Source: an uncultured Pseudomonadota bacterium (GTDB taxonomy: Bacteria > Myxococcota_A > Polyangia > Fen-1088). From it: DNA of 64,000 bases. The notes beneath the pieces were generated by a model. It made no database searches. It worked only from the letters and a program-made list of their open reading frames with translations, and was not told the DNA's origin. The stretch covers positions 160,001 through 224,000 of the forward strand of contig CAWKBC010000047.1 of assembly GCA_963847705.1 (NCBI GenBank), given 5' to 3'. Position numbers and translations under genes: made by a program. Shown here piece after piece: positions 28,660 through 37,914 of the stretch (positions are counted from its first letter, which is position 1; each line of letters starts with the position of its first letter).

Positions 28660-29990
28660 CTGGAGGCCTGGAACAGCTCCACACTTCCGTAGGGCTCGGC
28701 TGATTGTGGACGAAACCGGTTGAGGGTGAACTTCGTCTTCTGACCGGGCTGGACGTCCACCAGGACGTAGTTGTAGTCCTCCCTGGGGCTCTCGCCTTTC
28801 CAGTACTGATCCGGCGGGTAATCTGCCGGGACCTTGAGATGGGTGCGGCCCGGAAGGATGGGGTCCTGTTCCGCTCCACCGCCGCCGAGGACCAGGTATT
28901 TCACCCCGTCGACATCGTAGAGCTCCGTCGTGTGCACGTGCCCGTTGAAAACGACGATGTCCAGGTCCTTGGCGTAGGAGGCCAGGAGCTTGTGGGGATT
29001 CTGCTCGTCGGGGATGGCGCCCAGGCCGGAGCGGCAGAACACCGGCGCATGGAAGGCGATGAAGACCTTGCGGGTGCCCGCGGCCTTGGCCTCCTCCAGC
29101 CACTGCCGCAGTTGCGCCATCTGCTCGGCGAACGCGGGTCGCGTGGCGTCCCAGGCTGACGGCGAGCGGTAGTTGAGCTTTCCCGTCCAGAGGAAGATGA
29201 AGCGAACGCCGTTGAAATCGAACTTGTAGATGAGCCGCTCGTTCGAGACCCCGAACGTCTTCAGATAGGGGAAGGACGCCAGCAGACCCTCCACGTCGGA
29301 GTCCTCCCACACCTCGTGATTTCCGACCGCCGGGAAGACGCGACCGGGCAGCCCGGCCGCGCGCATCTCGGCGTCCGGAGGTGGCAGTCGCTTGAGAACC
29401 TCCTCGTTCACCAGGGTCCAGTACGGATTCTCCGAGGGGGACGCGGCCTGCTTGCCCCACCACACCAGGTCCCCGGTATTGAGGACGAACCTGGCTTTTC
29501 CTTGCAGGACGTCCTGCACCACCCCGCGGGCGACCCACTCGCCGCCATCGAGGCGGAACATCGTCCGGCGCACGCCTGGTAGAAGCTTCACGTCCTCGAC
29601 GGAGGCCTCGGTGACCCACCCCTTGTCGAGGGTCATCGTCGTAACCTCGCTGGCCGTCATGAACGGCATGACCATCTGAACGAGCTCCTTGGTCGCCGGA
29701 TCGTAGGTCAGCTTGACGTGCTTCTTGACCGTCTCCTCCGAGACCTTCTCCGGGAGCACCTCGGAGAACAGGTCGACCATCATCTTGCGCGCTTCCGCTT
29801 GCTGATCCGCCCGGTAAGGCAGCTGCATCATCGACCGCGAATCGCCGTAGACCGCAAAGGAGAAACCGGCCTTGGGCTTCTCGGCCGCCGCCGCTTTGTC
29901 GCCTCCGATCGCGGCCCTTCCGCAGCTCGCGGAAAGAACGAGGACCGCCGCGCCGCCCATGCACACCCTTGCTGCCGTCTTCGTCCACAT
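28656..29990 (-). CDS. Calcineurin-like metallophosphoesterase, exported (possible lipoprotein)
   Basis: YGDSR, TGDLV, VGNHE, FHAP, NGHVH motifs; LSASC after a hydrophobic N-terminus. Confidence 0.88.
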   Translation of the reverse strand: MWTKTAARVCMGGAAVLVLSASCGRAAIGGDKAAAAEKPKAGFSFAVYGDSRSMMQLPYRADQQAEARKMMVDLFSEVLPEKVSEETVKKHVKLTYDPATKELVQMVMPFMTASEVTTMTLDKGWVTEASVEDVKLLPGVRRTMFRLDGGEWVARGVVQDVLQGKARFVLNTGDLVWWGKQAASPSENPYWTLVNEEVLKRLPPPDAEMRAAGLPGRVFPAVGNHEVWEDSDVEGLLASFPYLKTFGVSNERLIYKFDFNGVRFIFLWTGKLNYRSPSAWDATRPAFAEQMAQLRQWLEEAKAAGTRKVFIAFHAPVFCRSGLGAIPDEQNPHKLLASYAKDLDIVVFNGHVHTTELYDVDGVKYLVLGGGGAEQDPILPGRTHLKVPADYPPDQYWKGESPREDYNYVLVDVQPGQKTKFTLNRFRPQSAEPYGSVELFQASR

Positions 29991-30038
29991 GCAGGTTCTC
30001 CGAAGGTGAAGTGCGGCGATCGCCTCGCGCCGACGCGT

Positions 30039-31577
30039 CTACTGGCCGTGGTGCGCCTGCATGGCGCGCTGAACCTGCTCCTTGACGGCGTCCATGTTGA
30101 ACGAGGCGCCCTTCTGCAACGGCGGAAAGTCGATGAAGGTCTGCGCCGCCTTCGCCACCTCCTGCTGCACGAAGACGAAACGCCAGAACTCGTACTTGAA
30201 CCAGTCGGAGAAGGCCATCGATCCGGCGATCCCGGTCCGCTCGAGCGGATCGAGGCGCAGGTTGGTGAGCATCGGCCAGTCGACCTTCACCGTTCCCCCC
30301 AGCCAGCCGCCGGGCTGGTCGATGAATCGATATTTGTAGTCCCCGATTCGAACGGCGCCCAGCTGCCCCTCGGCGAAGTAGTAGATCTCTTGCCGCTTCG
30401 AGTCCCCTTTTCCGGTCAAGAGAGCGGTCTGGTCGTAGCCGTCGAGGTGGACCTTGTAGCTGCGGTCCCCCAGCTTCTTTCCCTGTTTGAGCTCGTCGAC
30501 GATCTTCCCGTTCCCCGCCAGCGAGACGAAGGTCGGGAACCAGTCGAGGCTCGAGAAGATCTGGTTCTCCACCTTGCCCGCCGGGATCTTCCCCGGCCAG
30601 CGCGCGATGCAGGGGACGCGGAAGCCCCCCTCGAGTACGGTCCCCTTCCCGCCCGCGAACGGGGTCTGACCGCCGTCCGGCCAGGTGAAGTTCTCGGCGC
30701 CGTTGTCGGTGCTGAAGACGACGATCGTCTCCTCGTCGAGCCCGTCGTCCTTGAGCTTCTTGAGCACCGAGCCGACCATGTCGTCGAGCTGCGCCATCCC
30801 GGCCTCGTAGATGCCCCAGTTGTTCTCGGGCGTCCGCCGGCTCTCGTACTTTTCGGACAGGTGGGTCACGACGTGCATGCGCGTCGGGTTCAGCCAGATG
30901 AAGAACGGCTTGCCTTCGCCCTTGGCCTTGTCGATGAACTTCAAGCTGTAATCGAGGATCTCGTCGTCGACGGTTTTCATTCGCTCCGGGTACAGCGTGC
31001 CGGCGTCCTTGATCACCTGCTTGCCGACCTTCCCCCAACGTGGATCCACGTGCGGGTCATCGACCTCGTTCGCCTGACAGTGAAGCATGTTGCGCGGCCC
31101 GACCTTGTCCTTGAGCGCCGGCGGGTAGTTGGGATGAGCGGGATCCTCCATCGCGTCGAGGTGATAGAGGTAGCCGAAGAACTCGTCGAACCCGTGCACG
31201 GTCGGCAGAAACTCGTTGCGGTCGCCAAGATGGTTCTTGCCGAACTGGCCGGTCACATAACCGAGCGACTTGAGCGCGGTGGCGATCGTCGGCGCCGCGG
31301 CCGGCATCCCGACGGTGGCGCCCGCCTGACCGACGGTGGTCAGACCCGTCCTGATTGGCATCTGGCCGGTGATGAAGTTGGCGCGCCCGGCGGTGCAGCT
31401 CGCTTCGGCGTAACAGTCGGTGAACAACATCCCCTCGGCCGCCATCTTGTCCAGGTTCGGCGTCCGCCCGGCCATCATGCCGCGGTGGTAGGCGCCGATG
31501 TTCAACCACCCGATGTCATCACCCATGATGAAGACGATGTTGGGTTGCTTGTGCGCGGAGCCGGTCGGTTTTGCCAT
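30039..31577 (-). CDS. Arylsulfatase (Cys-type, formylglycine-dependent)
   Basis: PNIVFIMGDD, SCTAGRANFITG (CxAxR), GKNHLGD, STDNG, EGGFRVP; no obvious signal peptide. Confidence 0.95.
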   Translation of the reverse strand: MAKPTGSAHKQPNIVFIMGDDIGWLNIGAYHRGMMAGRTPNLDKMAAEGMLFTDCYAEASCTAGRANFITGQMPIRTGLTTVGQAGATVGMPAAAPTIATALKSLGYVTGQFGKNHLGDRNEFLPTVHGFDEFFGYLYHLDAMEDPAHPNYPPALKDKVGPRNMLHCQANEVDDPHVDPRWGKVGKQVIKDAGTLYPERMKTVDDEILDYSLKFIDKAKGEGKPFFIWLNPTRMHVVTHLSEKYESRRTPENNWGIYEAGMAQLDDMVGSVLKKLKDDGLDEETIVVFSTDNGAENFTWPDGGQTPFAGGKGTVLEGGFRVPCIARWPGKIPAGKVENQIFSSLDWFPTFVSLAGNGKIVDELKQGKKLGDRSYKVHLDGYDQTALLTGKGDSKRQEIYYFAEGQLGAVRIGDYKYRFIDQPGGWLGGTVKVDWPMLTNLRLDPLERTGIAGSMAFSDWFKYEFWRFVFVQQEVAKAAQTFIDFPPLQKGASFNMDAVKEQVQRAMQAHHGQ

Positions 31578-31818
31578 GTGGGTCGTTCCCCTTTCGACGG
31601 TGCAAGATGAGCCAGCATCGCGGGTCATCAAGTCGTCGTAGGCCGCTGCGCCATCAATCAGGAAATGGCCGACAGCAGGGCCGTAGCCCGGCGGGCTGCC
31701 ACCGAGGTCGGCGGGCGCAAGGCAGCAAGAGGCCGGGCGCCGGCTTGACAGGGTGGCGCGTGCGACCAAGTTCAATCCGGCTCAGAGAGCACTGGTCGTT
31801 GATAAAGAGGAGGGTCCC

Positions 31819-32466
31819 ATGTCCACCGAGAGCCTGACCACCGCCGTCGACATCGTGCTGGAGCCGGACGCGGCGATGAACGATCGCGCCGAGACCGTCA
31901 ACGCTCGCCTGCTGACCGCCTTCCCCCAGGGTTTCCCCCTGGGCGCCACGCACAGGCCGCACATTTCGATCCTCCAGAGGTACGTTCGGACCGCGGACCT
32001 GGGGAGAGTCTACGATGTGGTCGGCAAGGCCCTGGCCGTGGCAAAGCCCACCGGATGGAAGCTGACGGCGTTCAAGTACTACTATCTCCCCTGGAAGGGT
32101 CTTGGCCTGGCGGGGATCGTCATCGAGCCGACGGCCGACCTGCTCCGGCTCCAGGAGGGACTGATCGACGCCGTGGCTCCCTTCACGGAGAAGGTCGGAA
32201 CTGCGGCCGCTTTCGCGACCACCGCCGAGGATCCCGAGATCAATCAGCCGACGCTCGACTATGTCGCGGCGTTCGTCCCCAACGAAACCGGCAAGAGGTT
32301 CAATCCGCACGTCACGGTCGGGATCGCCCCGGAGCCTTACTTGAAGGAAATGCTCGCCAAGCCGTTCGACAGCTTCGCCTTCTCGCCGGCTGGCGCCTCC
32401 GCCTACCAGCTCGGCAACTTCGGCACCGCCCGCAAGAAGCTCCACGCCTGGGAGCTTTCGCGCTGA
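31819..32466 (+). CDS. 2H-phosphoesterase (2'-5' RNA ligase-like) fold protein
   Basis: Two HxS/T motifs: RPHISIL and FNPHVTVG; GAGGAGG SD. Confidence 0.7.
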   Translation: MSTESLTTAVDIVLEPDAAMNDRAETVNARLLTAFPQGFPLGATHRPHISILQRYVRTADLGRVYDVVGKALAVAKPTGWKLTAFKYYYLPWKGLGLAGIVIEPTADLLRLQEGLIDAVAPFTEKVGTAAAFATTAEDPEINQPTLDYVAAFVPNETGKRFNPHVTVGIAPEPYLKEMLAKPFDSFAFSPAGASAYQLGNFGTARKKLHAWELSR

Positions 32467-32501
32467 GACGGCCTCTGGGCGCGACGGCGGCGCGACCAAG
32501 A

Positions 32502-33998
32502 TCAGTCGAAGGTCACGACCACCGCATCCAGCGGCGGCAGCGCGATGGTGGCGCTCCCCTGGTCGAAAATCACGGACTCGGAGGCCGCCGTTCCTTGCGG
32601 CGCACCGTCGGTCGATTCGTCCCAGGTCTGCCCGCCCAGCGTCAAGCCTGACTTCGCATCGGCGGCCGGCGCGTGGAGCCGTATCAACGTCGCGCCCGAT
32701 GCGGCGGGAGCCTGCAGCGTGAGAGTCCCGCCGGTCGCGGCGTCCAGGCTCAGCAGCGCCAGCCGCGTCCTGCCGTCCGGACCGACGCTGGCCCAGGCAT
32801 GCAGGGTCGGCGTCGACGGCGTGATGGTCGCCGTCACCGGTGTCGCGCCGGCGGGCACGGCCAGCGAGAAGAACCGCATGCCGTAGTAGAGCGGCTCGAC
32901 GGTCAGCGCGCCGCTGGACAGCGTGAAGACGGCGTAATAGCTGCCGGGCGTGTGGAAGTTCAGTCCGACCGCGCCGGCCCACGCCAGCTGGAAGGCGACG
33001 TCTGCTCCCCAGAGCGCGGCCGCGTACACGTTGCTGACACCGTCGGCGCCGCCGCAGGCGACCGAGTTCAGCTCTGCCACCCGGAAGTCGACGCCCGCCG
33101 CGCGCGCCGTCTGAATGTGCGGCGCCAGCTCCGCGCCCGCGCCCTGGCTGGCGGCATCGGCCAGGAGAGCGGTGACCGCTGGCGGTGCGGTGCCATTGCA
33201 CACGTTGAACGGATAGCGGTGGACGGTCGCCAGGGCGAGGTTCGCCTTCTCTCCGGCGTAAAGGGCGTCCAGGTTGGGCAGCCAGGACTTCCCGCTCAGG
33301 GCCGGCGCCCCATAGGGCGGCGGTGGTGAGAGGACCGCGTCAAGGCCGGCGGTGAACGCGTCGTAGTCGGCCTGCCAGCCCGCGAACGTATAGCCGGACG
33401 CGCGCAGCCCGTTCTTGGACCAGAGGTCGGGCTCGTTGCCGATCTCGAACGCGCGGACAGCGCCCGCCGGCAGGGCCGCCGAGATGGCCTGCGCCAGCGC
33501 GGCGGCATTTCCCGACGCGTCGGCGGAGACGCCCTGGAGCGCCAGATCGAGGTCCGGGATCAGCGTGGTGCCCAGCATCGCGTTGAGTGAAGCCAGGGTC
33601 GCCACCTGCATCGAGCCGATGTCGATCGTGATGTTCATCGGGCGTGGCGTGGCTCCGGTGGGATTCCACCAGGCCTCATCCGCGCTGTTTCCCCCGATCC
33701 GGAGCGTCGGGTGGTTCCCCTCGCCGGCGAACGCGGACAGCAGGCGAACGACGGCCGGGCTCGCGTTCCCGTCGCCGTCCCCCAGGTACTTGACGACCGA
33801 CGACCACTCGGTCGAGATGCCCAGGAACGTGTCAGGAATCGCCGCACCGGGATGAGAGGAATCGACCGTGACCAGGGCGAACGGCGGCCCGGCCTCCGCG
33901 CCGGGTGCTCCGTCGTGGCCGGCGCTCGATGGGCGGCTGCTCCCGCACGCTGCGAGCGAGGACCCGACAACGAGAGCGGCGAAACGACGTGCGTTCAC
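32502..33998 (-). CDS. Glycoside hydrolase family 79-like (beta-glucuronidase) lipoprotein
   Basis: LAAC lipobox, FLGISTEW, LRIGGNSAD, EIGNEPD (acid/base), VAELNS (nucleophile), GVSNVYAAALW, PLYYGM. Confidence 0.85.
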   Translation of the reverse strand: MNARRFAALVVGSSLAACGSSRPSSAGHDGAPGAEAGPPFALVTVDSSHPGAAIPDTFLGISTEWSSVVKYLGDGDGNASPAVVRLLSAFAGEGNHPTLRIGGNSADEAWWNPTGATPRPMNITIDIGSMQVATLASLNAMLGTTLIPDLDLALQGVSADASGNAAALAQAISAALPAGAVRAFEIGNEPDLWSKNGLRASGYTFAGWQADYDAFTAGLDAVLSPPPPYGAPALSGKSWLPNLDALYAGEKANLALATVHRYPFNVCNGTAPPAVTALLADAASQGAGAELAPHIQTARAAGVDFRVAELNSVACGGADGVSNVYAAALWGADVAFQLAWAGAVGLNFHTPGSYYAVFTLSSGALTVEPLYYGMRFFSLAVPAGATPVTATITPSTPTLHAWASVGPDGRTRLALLSLDAATGGTLTLQAPAASGATLIRLHAPAADAKSGLTLGGQTWDESTDGAPQGTAASESVIFDQGSATIALPPLDAVVVTFD

Positions 33999-34120
33999 TG
34001 CGGACGATCTTGCCTGCCACCAACAGGGCGACGCAAGAACGAGTCACAGCTCCGGCGCAGCGTGACGCCGGTTGCAGCTTTGCTGGCCGAAGCCGTGGTC
34101 GGACCATTAACCTAGCTCCG

Positions 34121-35293
34121 GTGACGACCCCCCCGGCTCGAGGACTCTCCGCGGTCGTCGCCTACAAGCTCGGCATCGCGGTCATGGAGCTCCTGGCCGT
34201 CGTCGCCGTGGTGGTTCTACATGTCGTCCTGGGGAGGGACCTGGGCGGGCTCTCCGGCAGCGTCGAGCGCCACTGGCTGCACGGGATCGGGGCCGTGCTC
34301 GTGGAGATGGTCCGTCTCGTGGCCGGCGGGGGAGACGCGCGGCTCGTCGTCGTCGCGCTCGGCGGCGACGCCGTCACCAGCGCCGTCGAGGGCCTGCTTC
34401 TCCAGCGTGGATCCCGCTGGGCCCCCTGGCTGATCCTCGGCTCGACCGGCCTGCCGCTTCCGTGGGAGCTGGATCGCCTGGTGCGGCAGCCGTCGGTCGT
34501 GCGGCTGGCGCTGCTGTTGGTGAACGTGGCGATCGTCGGCTGGCTCTGGTGGGCTCGACCGGGCGCGGCGGCGGGGGTTCATCGCGGGCGCCGGCACCTC
34601 GCGAAGCACGGCGCCATCGCCGCGGCGTCCGCGATCGGGGTCTGGCTGCTCCTGTCGTATCGTCTGATTCCGCTCGTCGAGCGCCACCTTCACGTCGTGG
34701 CGGCCGTTGCGGCCTCGGCCGGGCGGACCACCGATGCCGCCGGGCGTCCGGCCGATCCCGTCAACGTCGGTCTGATCGGGGAGATCGGAGAGGTGCAGCT
34801 CGCCATGCAGCGGGCCGGGTGGCTCCCCGCCCGTCCCATCACCGTGCGGAGTGCGCTCGGCATGATCGGGGCGGTCGCGCTCGACCGCTCCGATCCGCGC
34901 GCGCCTGTGAGCGACCTCTTTCTCGACGGACGCCGTCAGGACCTGGCGTTCGAGCGCCAGGTGAACGCGAGCCCGCGCCGTCGCCACCACGTGCGCTTCT
35001 GGAACCAGGGCCAGCACGTGGACGGGCAGACGCTCTGGCTTGGTGCCGCGACGTTCGACGAGGGCGTGACGATCGCGCCCGAGAGCGGGCAGGTCACCCA
35101 TCGCACGTCCCCGAACATCGACGAGGAGCGGGACACCCTGGTCGACGATCTCGAGCGGGGCGGGTGCGCGGGCGAAGTACACGACACCCCGGGCATCGGC
35201 CCGCACGCGGGCGCGCGGACGGCCGAGGGGCGTCTGATCGAAACCGACGGTCGCGTCGCCGTCGTCGAGCTCGGATGCCATCCAGGCCGCTGA
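34121..35293 (+). CDS. DUF2127-like membrane domain fused to an LssY C-terminal domain
   Basis: N-half VVAYKL..VEG..WAPWL..LPWEL..VNVAIV; C-half DPVNVGL, APVSDLFLDGRRQDLAFE, RHHVRFW, WLGAATFD, PNIDEERD. Confidence 0.75.
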   Translation: MTTPPARGLSAVVAYKLGIAVMELLAVVAVVVLHVVLGRDLGGLSGSVERHWLHGIGAVLVEMVRLVAGGGDARLVVVALGGDAVTSAVEGLLLQRGSRWAPWLILGSTGLPLPWELDRLVRQPSVVRLALLLVNVAIVGWLWWARPGAAAGVHRGRRHLAKHGAIAAASAIGVWLLLSYRLIPLVERHLHVVAAVAASAGRTTDAAGRPADPVNVGLIGEIGEVQLAMQRAGWLPARPITVRSALGMIGAVALDRSDPRAPVSDLFLDGRRQDLAFERQVNASPRRRHHVRFWNQGQHVDGQTLWLGAATFDEGVTIAPESGQVTHRTSPNIDEERDTLVDDLERGGCAGEVHDTPGIGPHAGARTAEGRLIETDGRVAVVELGCHPGR

Positions 35294-35360
35294 AGCAAAT
35301 GCGTCTTCAAACTTCCATCTCCGGTCTCGGGGCGCGAGGGGTTCCTGGCGCCAAGTACGC

Positions 35361-35366
35361 TACGCT
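35361..35366 (+). promoter_or_regulatory. Candidate -10 box (TACGCT) of a leaderless kefF promoter
   Basis: TAnnnT 6 nt upstream of GTG 35373; no SD. Confidence 0.4.
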
Positions 35367-35372
35367 TCGGCG

Positions 35373-35948
35373 GTGAGCCGCGCGGTCACTCTCATCTATG
35401 GTCATCCCTACCCCAATCGCTCGCGGGCTGGACGCGTCCTGCTGGAGGGGGTGCGCGATCTGTCGGGGGTGGAGGTCCGGTCGCTGTACGACCTCTACCC
35501 GGACTTCGACATCGACGTTCAATCCGAACAGGCAGCCCTCCTCAAGGCGGATCTGATCATCTGGCAGTGCCCTTTCTATTGGTACGGCGTACCGGCGCTG
35601 GTCAATCTCTGGTTCGAGAAGGTGCTGGCGCACGGATGGGCCTACGGCGAGGGGGCCGATGCGCTCAGCGGCAAGACGGTGCTCTGGGTCCCCACCACCG
35701 GCGGCTCGCCGTCCAGCTATTCGGCGACGGGAGCGCATGGTCACCTGTTCGAGACCTTCGTCCCCGCCATCTCGCAGGTCGCTCGATTCTGCGGCATGCG
35801 CTGGGCGGACCCGCCGCTGGTGGTCCACGACGCCCACCGGCTGACGCGGGAGCAGCTGGGTGAGGCGGCCCGCCACTACCGACGCCGGATCGAAAGCATG
35901 GCCCCGGAATCGCCATCGCCGCCCGTCGAGGAGGCCGATCGTGGCTGA
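35373..35948 (+). CDS. kefF: Kef ancillary NAD(P)H oxidoreductase (flavodoxin-like)
   Basis: HPYPNRS, LYDLYPDFDIDV, PFYWYGVP, HGWAYG, TTGG; directly upstream of kefC. Confidence 0.85.
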   Translation: MSRAVTLIYGHPYPNRSRAGRVLLEGVRDLSGVEVRSLYDLYPDFDIDVQSEQAALLKADLIIWQCPFYWYGVPALVNLWFEKVLAHGWAYGEGADALSGKTVLWVPTTGGSPSSYSATGAHGHLFETFVPAISQVARFCGMRWADPPLVVHDAHRLTREQLGEAARHYRRRIESMAPESPSPPVEEADRG

Positions 35949-37815
35949 GCACGGCCTGTTGTTCGAGGTGATGATCTATCTCGCAGCGGCGGTGGTTTTC
36001 GTGCCGCTCGCCAGCCGTGTCGGTCTCGGTTCCGTGCTGGGCTATCTGATCGCGGGCAGCGTGATCGGGCCCTGGGGGCTGCGCCTGGTGCGCAACGCCG
36101 GGCAAATCCTGCACCTCGGGGAGTTCGGCGTCGTCTTGATGCTGTTCCTCATCGGGCTCGAGCTCGACCCCAAGAAGCTCTGGAGCATGCGCCGGTCGGT
36201 ATTTGGCGGTGGGGCACTACAGATGGGGATTTGCGGAGGTTTGCTGGCGCTGGGCGGTCTGGCGGTGGGGCTCCCCTGGCAGGCCGCCCTGGTCGCCGGC
36301 CTGGCCCTCGCGCTGTCGTCCACGGCGATTTCCGTTCAGACCATGCGCGAGCGCGGCTTCCTCACGTCGCCCACCGGTGGGACGGCGTTCTCGGTGCTGC
36401 TGTTCCAGGACATCGCGGCCATTCCTCTCATCGCGCTGGTTCCGCTGCTCGCCGCCGGTCCCAGGAGCTCGGGAAGCAGCCTGTTCGCCGTTGGGCGCGT
36501 CGCCGTCGCGGTCGGCCTGGTGGTCTTGGTGGGCCGCTATCTGACCCGGCCGCTCATGCGCATCATCGCCCGGACAGGGCTGCGCGAGGTGTTCACCGGG
36601 TTCGCGTTGTTGCTGGTCGTTGGCATCGCCCTGCTCATGGCCGCAGCGGGGATCTCGATGGCGCTGGGCGCTTTCCTGGCGGGGATCCTCCTGGCCGGGT
36701 CCGAATACCGGCGCGCCCTGGAGACGGACATCGAGCCGTTCAAAGGCTTGCTGATGGGTCTGTTCTTCATCGCGGTGGGCATGTCGGTCGACTTCGGCCT
36801 GCTCGCCAGCCAGCCACTCATGATCGCCGCGCTGGTCCTGGGCTTCACCGTCTTGAAAGGTGGCGCGTTGCGCGTCGCCGGGAAGGCGCTGGGGATCCCG
36901 CAGGGGCAACGCTGGACGTCCGCCGCCCTGCTGGCGCAGGGGGGCGAGTTCGCCTTCGTGGTGTTCGGGGTCGCGGGGCAAGCGCGGCTTCTCCCCGGCA
37001 AGTGGGATGCGACCTTGACCCTGGTCGTGGCGCTCTCCATGGCGCTCACCCCGCTGGCGCTTCTGGCGACCGATCGGCTCGGGAGGCGCACGGGGAGGAC
37101 GGAGCGACCGACCGACGCCATCGAGCCCGAGGGGGCGCGTGTCATCATCGCCGGGTTCGGCCGGTTCGGGCAGATCGTGGGCCGCATGCTGTTTGCGTCG
37201 GGCGTGCGGGCGACCGTCCTCGACTACGACGCCGACCAGATCGAGCTGCTGCGAAAGTTCGACTTCCACGTATTCTACGGGGACGCGACCCGGCTGGATC
37301 TGCTTCAATCCGCGGGCGCGGCGGAGGCCAGCCTGCTGGTGATCGCCGTGGACGCCGTCGATGCCAGCATCAAGCTGGCCGAGATCGCGCGCCAGCACTT
37401 CCCGAACCTCGCCATCGTCGCGCGCGCCCGCAACGTCAGCCACTGGGTCGAGCTGCGCCGGCGTGGCGTCGAGCTCATCGAGCGCGAGACCTTCGAGTCC
37501 GCCCTCCGGGGAGGCCGCCGCGCGTTGGAGCGCCTGGGGATCTCCCCTTACGAGGCCCGCGAGCGCGCCGATCGATTTCGGCGCCACAACGTGGAGAACC
37601 TCAACGAGATGCTGCCGTTCTTCGGCGACGAGACGCGCCGGCTCTCGGCCGCCAAGGCGGGACGCGAGCAGCTGGAGAAGCAGTTCGCGGAGGACCGCGC
37701 CGCCCTGGATCGTTCCATCGGATCGTGGTCCCTCGAAATCGAGCCCGAGGTGCCCAGCGAGCGCGTTCCCGCTGGTGGCGCCGCCAACGCCGCACCCGAA
37801 TCGAGCCCCGACTGA
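35941..37815 (+). CDS. kefC: Glutathione-regulated K+/H+ efflux antiporter
   Basis: GLGSVLGYL, EFGVVLMLF, LETDIEPFKGLL, QGGEFAFV, TrkA-N GFGRFGQ, YGDATR, RETFES. Confidence 0.92.
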   Translation: MAEHGLLFEVMIYLAAAVVFVPLASRVGLGSVLGYLIAGSVIGPWGLRLVRNAGQILHLGEFGVVLMLFLIGLELDPKKLWSMRRSVFGGGALQMGICGGLLALGGLAVGLPWQAALVAGLALALSSTAISVQTMRERGFLTSPTGGTAFSVLLFQDIAAIPLIALVPLLAAGPRSSGSSLFAVGRVAVAVGLVVLVGRYLTRPLMRIIARTGLREVFTGFALLLVVGIALLMAAAGISMALGAFLAGILLAGSEYRRALETDIEPFKGLLMGLFFIAVGMSVDFGLLASQPLMIAALVLGFTVLKGGALRVAGKALGIPQGQRWTSAALLAQGGEFAFVVFGVAGQARLLPGKWDATLTLVVALSMALTPLALLATDRLGRRTGRTERPTDAIEPEGARVIIAGFGRFGQIVGRMLFASGVRATVLDYDADQIELLRKFDFHVFYGDATRLDLLQSAGAAEASLLVIAVDAVDASIKLAEIARQHFPNLAIVARARNVSHWVELRRRGVELIERETFESALRGGRRALERLGISPYEARERADRFRRHNVENLNEMLPFFGDETRRLSAAKAGREQLEKQFAEDRAALDRSIGSWSLEIEPEVPSERVPAGGAANAAPESSPD

Positions 37816-37914
37816 TCGCGCACCGCGATGAGGTTGACGATCGCCACGATGTGCCGGCGGCGAAGGAGGCCCGATTGATCAAACGCCTGCGCAAGGACCG
37901 GGAAGGTAACGCGA

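Noticed and set aside
28660-31038. 890-aa track ORF 28366-31038 (-)
   Set aside because: Off-frame shadow of the sulfatase and phosphoesterase; only its last 97 codons look like a real gene.
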